Assembly: GCA_043747615.1 (NCBI GenBank)
Contig: JAYTOU010000060.1
Span: 96,001-160,000, forward strand
Origin: Myxococcales bacterium
Lineage (GTDB): Bacteria > Myxococcota_A > Polyangia > Polyangiales > Polyangiaceae
DNA: 64,000 nt
Direction: 5' to 3'
The position numbers and the translations under genes were made by a program. Of the stretch, positions 57,085 through 64,000 are shown piece by piece (within the stretch, counting starts at the first letter, position 1; each line of letters opens with the position of its first letter). A model generated the notes under the pieces. It did no database searches. It was not told where the DNA came from and saw only the letters and a list, made by a program, of their open reading frames with translations.

Positions 57085-58257
57085 CTAGCCGGGGCCGCGG
57101 GTGACGCCGGTGATGACGTCGAGAAGGCTCTGGGCGCTTTTTTCCCAGGAGCCAGGGCCGCAGGCTGCGACATCCCGCGGGTCCCACGGGCGATCGAGCG
57201 CGTCGAGCAACGCCGCACCGAGGGCCGCAGGATCTCTCGCGGGAACGAGAATGCCGCTCTTGGGATTCGACAGAACATCTGGAATTCCGCCGACACGCGT
57301 GGCCACGGCGGGCCGTCCGCTGGCGAGGGCCTCGAGGACGACGTTCGGCGTTCCTTCGTTCCAGCTCGGCAGAGTGAACACGTTGCACGCTGCTAGCCAG
57401 GTGGCGATCTCCGTCAGCGGACGGGCGCCCGGAGCGAGAAGTGCGCCTCCCGAGGCTTCCACCGCCGTTCGAACGCGGTCGCGCATGACTCCATCGCCGA
57501 GAAGAGCCAGCATCGCGTCCGGCCGTGCGCGGCGGGCGTGCTCGAACGCAACGAGCAGCTCCTCCAGTCCTTTCTGCGGTTCCAGCCGGCCGCAAAAAAC
57601 GACGAGCGGGCGACCGAGAGCAACGCCGAGCTCTTTTCGAGCGGCTTCACGATCCCTCGGGAAAAATAGCTTGGTATCGACACCGTTGCGCACCAGATGG
57701 ATGCGCGAAGCGGGCACATCGAGCGCTTCTAGCTCCTTCCCGAGCGGGCGCGACACCGCCACCATAGCGTTCGCCATAGGCAAGATGCGCCGCATCACTG
57801 CCCGCGCGCTACGCACCTTGGCGAGCACGTTCACGTCCGACCCGTGCACCTTGATCACGCTCGGCTTGCCGAGAGCGCGCGCAAAAAGGGTAGTTGCGCA
57901 ACCATCGGGGTAACCCCAAGCCCCCAAAATCACGTCGAAGCGGGCGGCGAGCGCGCGGAATGGCGCGAGCGACGCGAGGTAAAGCGGCACCCCCACCGGC
58001 GTTCCGACTTTCGGAAGATAGAGTTGCCGCATGTAAAACGTCTCTATCCCCGCCACCATTTCGCGCTGTGGCAGCGCCGTCAGCTTGGCGGCGCGCGGGG
58101 GCTGGCCGGTGAGCCCAGAGAGCGGAAAATAAGGGATCGCCTCGAGCACGGAGAGATCGCACAGGTTGGCGAGAGCGCCGAATTGCTGCCGATTGAAGGG
58201 CGAGCTGAGCGGCTCGAGGCTGTTCGGAAATATTTTGGTAATAGCGAGAACGCGCAT
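57085..58257 (-). CDS. Glycosyltransferase family 4
   Basis: KVHGSDVN, GRLEPQKG and LPSWNEGTPNVVLEALASGRPAVATRVGGIP motifs. Confidence 0.93.
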   Translation of the reverse strand: MRVLAITKIFPNSLEPLSSPFNRQQFGALANLCDLSVLEAIPYFPLSGLTGQPPRAAKLTALPQREMVAGIETFYMRQLYLPKVGTPVGVPLYLASLAPFRALAARFDVILGAWGYPDGCATTLFARALGKPSVIKVHGSDVNVLAKVRSARAVMRRILPMANAMVAVSRPLGKELEALDVPASRIHLVRNGVDTKLFFPRDREAARKELGVALGRPLVVFCGRLEPQKGLEELLVAFEHARRARPDAMLALLGDGVMRDRVRTAVEASGGALLAPGARPLTEIATWLAACNVFTLPSWNEGTPNVVLEALASGRPAVATRVGGIPDVLSNPKSGILVPARDPAALGAALLDALDRPWDPRDVAACGPGSWEKSAQSLLDVITGVTRGPG

Positions 58258-58307
58258 GACTCAGTTAGGGGTAAGGACGTTACTAGGGTCTCCCGAAGGT
58301 CGACCAG

Positions 58308-59411
58308 ATGCGGATCGTTCATGTGGTGCAAACACTGGGAATGGGTGGCCAAGAGCGCCTGATTCTGAACCTATCGCGCGAGCTCGTTCGGCGCGGGCAT
58401 GAGGTTTCGGTTTTGTCGCTTACCCCGGGGGGCGAGATCCGGCCCGAGTTCGCGCCCATCCCTGTTCACGACGTGACGCGCAAGGCGGGCTTCGATGCCC
58501 TGATCTTCGGGCGCATGGCGCGCACCCTGAACGAGATCGCTCCAGACGCGGTCCACACTCACAATCCATCTCCGATGTTCTACGCGGTGCCGGCGTCGCG
58601 CGCGCTCCGGATAAAAAGCAACGTCCACACCAAGCATGGCGCGAATATCTACGGGCGAAAATCCCTGCGCGCGGTGCGAATCCTCGTGCGGACGCTCAGC
58701 GCATTCGTGTGCGTCTCGGAAGGCACGGCCGAGGTCGCGCGGGAAAAGGAGCACGTCCCCGAGAAGCTCCTCCACGTCATTCCCAACGGCATTCCGCTCG
58801 TCGATTTCAACCCGAACGCGGAGACGCGGGCCCGGCTGCGAAGAGAGCTGACCATCCCCGAAAACGCGTTCGTGGTGGGATCCGTGGGGCGCCTCGCGCC
58901 GGAGAAGGACTACCCGCTTCTCGTCAAGGCGATGACCCCGCTCCTCGGGGAGAACGTGCGTCTCGTGCTCGTGGGAGACGGCGCGTCGCGAAAAGAGATC
59001 GAGGCATCCATCCCGCAGAGCCTTCGGCCGTTCGTGACGCTCACCGGATCGCGGCGGGACGTCGGAGACTTGCTGACGACCTTCGACGTCTTCGCCCTCA
59101 CCTCGAAGAGCGAAGGCCTTCCTCTCGTCATCCCCGAAGCGATGGCGACCAAGCTGCCCATCGTGGCGACGGCGGTGGGCGGGCTCCCAAGCATCGTTCC
59201 CGTTGAGCTTGGGACGCTTGCGCCCCACGGAGACGACGCCGGACTGACGCGCGCCCTCCGCGCGCTCCACGAAGACGAGCCACGCCGGAAACGGATGGGC
59301 GAGGCGGCGCATCGATACGCCCACGAGCGTTTCTCGCTCGAGAAGATGACGGACGCCTACGAAGCACTCTATCGCCAAGCTCCGGCCGCGGCGCGCGCAG
59401 TCAAGCGCTGA
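58308..59411 (+). CDS. Glycosyltransferase family 4
   Basis: GGQER, VHTH, GRLAPEKD and SKSEGLPLVIPEAMA motifs. Confidence 0.93.
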   Translation: MRIVHVVQTLGMGGQERLILNLSRELVRRGHEVSVLSLTPGGEIRPEFAPIPVHDVTRKAGFDALIFGRMARTLNEIAPDAVHTHNPSPMFYAVPASRALRIKSNVHTKHGANIYGRKSLRAVRILVRTLSAFVCVSEGTAEVAREKEHVPEKLLHVIPNGIPLVDFNPNAETRARLRRELTIPENAFVVGSVGRLAPEKDYPLLVKAMTPLLGENVRLVLVGDGASRKEIEASIPQSLRPFVTLTGSRRDVGDLLTTFDVFALTSKSEGLPLVIPEAMATKLPIVATAVGGLPSIVPVELGTLAPHGDDAGLTRALRALHEDEPRRKRMGEAAHRYAHERFSLEKMTDAYEALYRQAPAAARAVKR

Positions 59412-59426
59412 GCCGTCGAGCGATTC

Positions 59427-60743
59427 ATGTTCCCCCTTCATCTCCTCCCCGTCACCGACGTTTCGGGCACCGTCGCGATCGTCGAGGGATTGAATGACAA
59501 CGTCGTCCAGACCCAGGACTCACCCACGGTGCGTACACGGCACCCTGCGCTCTTCACCGGGCTCGAGACGGGCGTCACCTTTCGGCTGACCGAACCGAAT
59601 CTGGACACGCACGGCCTGCGTCTGCGCCTACGCACCCAATTTTACGAGCCGCTCGACAACTACCCGGAGAGTCCGGACGGAACGGTCTCCGCGTCGTACG
59701 CGAGCATCGTGGCTCTTGGTAAGCACACGAACATGGTGGTGTCGGCGTCGAGCACGCTTAGCCGGGTGACCTCGGCGCGCGTATCAGACGGGACCCTGCT
59801 TTTTCAAATCGATCCCGCCTCGACGGCGACGACCTTCACGTTGAGCCAGTTCTCGTTGTCGATCGGTCAAGACCTCTCGAAGCGGTGGAAATTTCGGCAG
59901 AGCGTGGGCCTCCTCCTCACGACGACGGTGCAAGCGCCCCCCTTCGCTCTCGCCGACGGGCTCGAGCTCGATCGCCGAGGCATCGACGGAGTTCAGCCAA
60001 ACACGACGTCGACCTTGCTTCACGAGCTCGGGCCGCGTGACACCGGCGACATCTCAGTGACCTACCGCTTCATGTACTCGCCCTACACGCTCGACTACAC
60101 GACGAACCCGCCGCACGCCGGCGGCCCGCAGCGAATCCACCAGGTTCTCCCGGACGTCGGGCTCACCCACCTCCTCAGCACGCAGCTGTCGTCGCTCACC
60201 CGGGCCGGAGTGAGCATCGCCAATGCGCCCGCGCAAGACGTGAGCAAGGGGATCATCATCTTGCCGGTGGCCTCCGAAGATCTTCGCTACACCGCCGATC
60301 GCTGGGGCTTCAATGCGCAGGCCGGGTTCTCCTATGGAGCGCTGTCGCCGCGTCTCGGCGCAGGCCCGACGGTGAGCGGGGCCGGCACGCTGTACGGCGT
60401 TCCGTGGACGAATGGGCAATTGAAGCGGCTCATGTTGCTCGGCGTCGTGTCTGCCAATCACTCTCAGCTCCAGTCGGGCATCTCGAACACGGGCGGCGCG
60501 CCGAACTCGACGACCTACCTGAACGTCGCCGGGGCCTCGCTCGAAGCCCGCTACGCCGTCAGTCGGACCATCGGCATCCTCGGCGGCTACGACGTGCGCT
60601 ACTCGACCATTGGATCGACCGGCGGAGTGACGACTCCGTTCGTCCGGCAGATCGTGTTCATCGGCATTTCGGGGTACTGGTCGACAGACCAGGTGCAGCT
60701 CCCAGCGCTCGAGCAATTGAACGCGCCGTTCCGCCCGGGCTGA
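59427..60743 (+). CDS. Putative polysaccharide-secretion beta-barrel protein
   Basis: Many alternating amphipathic beta strands within an EPS locus. No obvious signal peptide. Confidence 0.55.
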   Translation: MFPLHLLPVTDVSGTVAIVEGLNDNVVQTQDSPTVRTRHPALFTGLETGVTFRLTEPNLDTHGLRLRLRTQFYEPLDNYPESPDGTVSASYASIVALGKHTNMVVSASSTLSRVTSARVSDGTLLFQIDPASTATTFTLSQFSLSIGQDLSKRWKFRQSVGLLLTTTVQAPPFALADGLELDRRGIDGVQPNTTSTLLHELGPRDTGDISVTYRFMYSPYTLDYTTNPPHAGGPQRIHQVLPDVGLTHLLSTQLSSLTRAGVSIANAPAQDVSKGIIILPVASEDLRYTADRWGFNAQAGFSYGALSPRLGAGPTVSGAGTLYGVPWTNGQLKRLMLLGVVSANHSQLQSGISNTGGAPNSTTYLNVAGASLEARYAVSRTIGILGGYDVRYSTIGSTGGVTTPFVRQIVFIGISGYWSTDQVQLPALEQLNAPFRPG

Positions 60744-60899
60744 TCGTCGCCGTCCTCGTGTGCGCCGCGGCTGGTCTTGGGCTGGTCTTGGGCTGACGGC
60801 GTGATCATGTTTACCCCGGGTCGGAAAGTTCACGATCGCGCGCGATTGGCAGAAAAGCCCGAGGAAATCGCGGGAATGCCCCTTGCAAAAGTGACGGCA

Positions 60900-61655
60900 A
60901 TGCCTAATCGCGCCACGTTGATCTCCACGATTGCTCTCGGTACCTGCGTTTACCTTTACGCGACGGGTGCCAACGCACAGAGCGCCTCGCCTGTGGTGAG
61001 CGCGAGCGCGCCGGTGCAGGCGCCGCAGGTGATGATCATCGTCGAGCAGCCTTCGCAGACCGTGGTGGTCGTGCCTCCCGCGAGCCAGCCCGCGCACCTC
61101 GAAGAGCCGAGGGCGCCGAGGGCGAAAGAGGAAGCGAAGTGGTACGGCTACCAGACGCTCATCGTCGACGGCGCGTCGCTCGGTCTCGTGCTTGGCGGAG
61201 CGGCGATGGCGAGTCACTCCAGCGGCAGCAGCGGCAGCAGCAGGAGCAACAGCGGCGGTGACAGCGGCGGTTCGGTGGCACTCGCCGGCGGCATCGGTTA
61301 CCTCCTGGGCGCTCCGATCGTTCACTGGATGCACGGACGCATCGGTCCCGGCTTCGGAAGCCTCGGCTTGCGCTTCGGGTTGCCGCTGTCGGGTTTGTTC
61401 TGGGGTGCGATCATCGGGTCCGCCGCTGACAGCCGCCATGACGACGGCATCGGCGCGGGCGCGGCGATCGGGTTCGTCGCCGGGATAGGCGGCGCGATAC
61501 TCCTCGATGCAGCGCTTCTCGCCTACGAGAAGCCGAGCGAGCGAGAGAAAGAAGCGTACGAAGAGGCCAAAGCGAAGCACCCCATTCGCTGGTTGCCGAA
61601 CCTCTCACCGCAAAAAGCGGGCGCGACCGTCGGCGTCTCGGGGGTGTTCTTCTAG
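60900..61655 (+). CDS. Exported Gly-rich hydrophobic protein
   Basis: Signal peptide (ANA|Q), WYGYQTL..DG, G.PIVHW.HG motifs and C-terminus GVSGVFF. A sigma54-like GGAAT-N5-TTGC lies at 60873-60886. Confidence 0.65.
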   Translation: MPNRATLISTIALGTCVYLYATGANAQSASPVVSASAPVQAPQVMIIVEQPSQTVVVVPPASQPAHLEEPRAPRAKEEAKWYGYQTLIVDGASLGLVLGGAAMASHSSGSSGSSRSNSGGDSGGSVALAGGIGYLLGAPIVHWMHGRIGPGFGSLGLRFGLPLSGLFWGAIIGSAADSRHDDGIGAGAAIGFVAGIGGAILLDAALLAYEKPSEREKEAYEEAKAKHPIRWLPNLSPQKAGATVGVSGVFF

Positions 61656-61697
61656 GCCGGCGAGTTCTACGCTCGCTCCGTGGGGAGTCACTCGTGG

Positions 61698-62270
61698 ATG
61701 ACGAAGCTCGCGTCGTTTTTCCGCGAGCTCGAGGCTCAGCAGCAAAGGCAGAGGCAGAAGCCAAACGATCCTTGGCGCACGTTCGCGCTCGAGCGCGAGC
61801 TCGACTACTCGACGAGCTACACCGACAACGAGATGCTTCTCCCCAAACGCAGAACGATGACCGGACCGGTGCACGGCATCGCGATGCGGATCGATCTCGG
61901 CAAGATCGCCAAGGTCTCCGCACAGACCGCGTCGGCGGGCGCTGGAAAAATGTGCGTCTATTCCGACAATATGTTGGTCGATATGGTGACCATCTCCGCC
62001 GAGGCCCTGCCCGACATGGGCGACGAAGATTTCGACGCCCACTTTTTCTTGCGCGGCACCGAGCCAAGGGTCGCCGAGCGACTACTGACAGCAGACGTTC
62101 GCCAAGCGCTGATGCGATTTCCCCTTGGAATTTGCCTCGATTACGACAACGGCGGGATCTCGGTCACCTGGTCAGGAGATGGCGTGATCGACGTCCTCGC
62201 CGTCGACGCAGCGTGCGACATCATAGTCGCCGCCTCGAGCACTCGCCCTTCGGCTGGCGCGTACCGCTAG
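61698..62270 (+). CDS. Hypothetical protein
   Basis: Long ORF with GDEDFDAHFFLRG..LL..DVRQAL motif and an ...AYR terminus. Confidence 0.6.
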   Translation: MTKLASFFRELEAQQQRQRQKPNDPWRTFALERELDYSTSYTDNEMLLPKRRTMTGPVHGIAMRIDLGKIAKVSAQTASAGAGKMCVYSDNMLVDMVTISAEALPDMGDEDFDAHFFLRGTEPRVAERLLTADVRQALMRFPLGICLDYDNGGISVTWSGDGVIDVLAVDAACDIIVAASSTRPSAGAYR

Positions 62271-62285
62271 AAGACCGCCAGCGCC

Positions 62286-63650
62286 CTAGCGAGATCCGAT
62301 TCGGAAAAGAACGACCTTCACGGTGTCGAGGATGATCGAGAGATCGAAGAGCACCGAGTAGCTCTTGATGTAATAAAGATCGTATTGCAGCTTCTCGAGC
62401 ATGTCCTCGGCAGACGCGCCGTAGCGGCATCGAACCTGGGCGTGACCGGTGACGCCCGGCTTCACGTAGAGACGTTGCTTGAAGAATGGAACCTGCTGCT
62501 CGAGCTGCTCGATGAACACCGGGCGCTCAGGGCGGGGGCCGACCATGCTCATCTCGCCCTTGAGCACGTTCCATAGCTGCGGGAGCTCGTCGAGGCGCGT
62601 CTTTCGGATGAAGCGACCCACGCGCGTGATCCGGTCGTCGTTCTCTTTTGCGAACTGCGCACCCCCCGCCTCGGCGTCGGTGCGCATTGAACGAAACTTC
62701 AGAATCGTGAAGAGAGCGCCGAACTCACCCGCGCGGACCTGCTTGTAGAGAAACGGACCCGGTGATTCGAGCTTCACGGCGAGCGCCGTGAGAAGCATGA
62801 GCGGAGCTGCGAGGACGATGCCTACCCCGGCCACGACCACGTCGAGAAGGCGCTTTAGACGGCGCGTCGTTCCGCGGGCGCTGAAGCCCTCGGCGAAAAT
62901 GAGATGGCTCGGCTTGAGCTCGCGCACGAAGATTTTTCCGGTGGTGCGCTCGTAGAAGTTCACTCCCTCTTCGACCTCGACGCCGCGGAATTTGCACTCC
63001 AGAAGCTGATCGACGGGGAGCGTACCGCGGCGGTCCGGGTACGCGACGAGCACCAGTTCGATCTCCTGCCTGACGACGACTTCGTAGAGCTCGGAGTACA
63101 TGCCGATGACGCGGTCTTCCAGGCTCACGCTCGCGCGGTCGCGCGCCAGCATCCCCACGAGCTCCAGGCCTTCGCGTCCGTCGTCGATGAGCTGAGCGAT
63201 TTCTTTCGCGAGATCCCCGTTGCCGAGGATCAGCGTTCGTTGCATGAAGCCGGCGTTCGAGGCGACGGAGTTGTAGATGAGACGCCACGTCGGAACGATC
63301 GTCGCCGTGAGCGCGAGAGCGGTGAGGAAAATCCCGCGGCCGACCTCCATCGATCGAAAAACGTAGAACGTGACCCAGAGGATGATGCTCCCCAGCGCGA
63401 GCGCCTGAAGCACACGACTAAAGACGGCGCGCGGACTCTGCACGGCGCGCAGATCGTACATTCCAGCGTAGTAGGAGGCGCCCTGGAGGATGAGCGCCAC
63501 GAGGAGTGCTTTTTTTGCGATGTGCGGATAGGTGAGGCCGCCGTGCGTGCCGAGACGTACGACTGCCGCCATCATGACGAGGATAGCGATGAGCGCGCCT
63601 TCGAATGCGAAGAGAAGAAGGCGCCTTGGCGATCGAAATAGTTCGAGCAT
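62286..63650 (-). CDS. Polyprenyl-phosphate glycosylphosphotransferase (priming sugar transferase)
   Basis: Four TM helices, CoA-binding-like region, KRLLD, KFRSM, RKTRLDELPQLWNVLKGEMSMVGPRPERP and KPGVTG.AQV motifs. Confidence 0.95.
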   Translation of the reverse strand: MLELFRSPRRLLLFAFEGALIAILVMMAAVVRLGTHGGLTYPHIAKKALLVALILQGASYYAGMYDLRAVQSPRAVFSRVLQALALGSIILWVTFYVFRSMEVGRGIFLTALALTATIVPTWRLIYNSVASNAGFMQRTLILGNGDLAKEIAQLIDDGREGLELVGMLARDRASVSLEDRVIGMYSELYEVVVRQEIELVLVAYPDRRGTLPVDQLLECKFRGVEVEEGVNFYERTTGKIFVRELKPSHLIFAEGFSARGTTRRLKRLLDVVVAGVGIVLAAPLMLLTALAVKLESPGPFLYKQVRAGEFGALFTILKFRSMRTDAEAGGAQFAKENDDRITRVGRFIRKTRLDELPQLWNVLKGEMSMVGPRPERPVFIEQLEQQVPFFKQRLYVKPGVTGHAQVRCRYGASAEDMLEKLQYDLYYIKSYSVLFDLSIILDTVKVVLFRIGSR

Positions 63651-63670
63651 GAGGCGGCGGTATTCGGTTT

Positions 63671-64000
63671 TTAGGGAACGATGACGGTATCGCCGGACTG
63701 CAAGGCGAGGTTCTGCTGAACGTCTCCCTTTTCGACGACGGCGGAGAAATCGAATGGAATTCTCCGCTCACCGCGCGAGTCCCGGCGGACGATGACGATC
63801 CGATCCGGATTGGCGAAGCGGGTGAAGCCTCCAGCGAGCGCCAGACCGTGGAGCACGGTGACCTCGGAGTTGGGCGTGAACTCACCCCCCTTGTTCACTT
63901 CGCCGACGACGTAGATGCGATAGGAGTGAACCTCGCTCACCTGCACGTTGACCGGCGGTTGCTCCTGGAAAAACTGCTTCAAGCGGGCCTGAATGTCGGC
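63671..64000 (-). CDS. Polysaccharide export OPX/Wza-family protein (5' part outside window)
   Basis: IYVVGEVNKGG, LALAGGFTRFA and NLALQSGDTVIVP* (SLBB domain). The frame is open to the window end. Confidence 0.9.
   Translation of the reverse strand, partial: ADIQARLKQFFQEQPPVNVQVSEVHSYRIYVVGEVNKGGEFTPNSEVTVLHGLALAGGFTRFANPDRIVIVRRDSRGERRIPFDFSAVVEKGDVQQNLALQSGDTVIVP

Overview
GC-rich bacterial DNA that looks myxobacterial, probably Polyangiales/Polyangiaceae. This is inferred from Ser/Thr kinase-PEGA modules, a DUF2330 protein with a MYXO-CTERM-like tail, and Cys-rich lipoproteins. The window has two halves separated by a tRNA-Glu(TTC) at 24503-24575 (minus strand). The left half (1-24.5 kb) is accessory and resembles a decayed island integrated at the tRNA. 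It holds a general-stress cluster, a CapK/PaaK-like ligase, an unannotated 25-aa membrane peptide behind a sigma54-like promoter, a phosphodiesterase lipoprotein, NnrS and a large secreted repeat protein. It also holds an orphan Tad pseudopilin cassette, three IS scars around a TM-GAF plus small-membrane-protein pair, and a lipoprotein-kinase-PEGA module. Finally, an apparently intact rve-type IS truncates both a lipoprotein and a large serine recombinase whose C-terminus runs into the tRNA. The right half is mostly core genome: a second kinase-PEGA pair, rpsT, a ~12.6 kb tightly coupled minus-strand operon, NUDIX, ThiO-like oxidase, a halogenase-like enzyme, stand-alone rplS and rplC, bcp, TetR/hydrolase, rlmE fused in operon with a kinase-STAND-TPR gene, and the edge of an exopolysaccharide locus. 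No CRISPR array or rRNA was seen. All family calls come from motif recognition by eye; no database searches were run.
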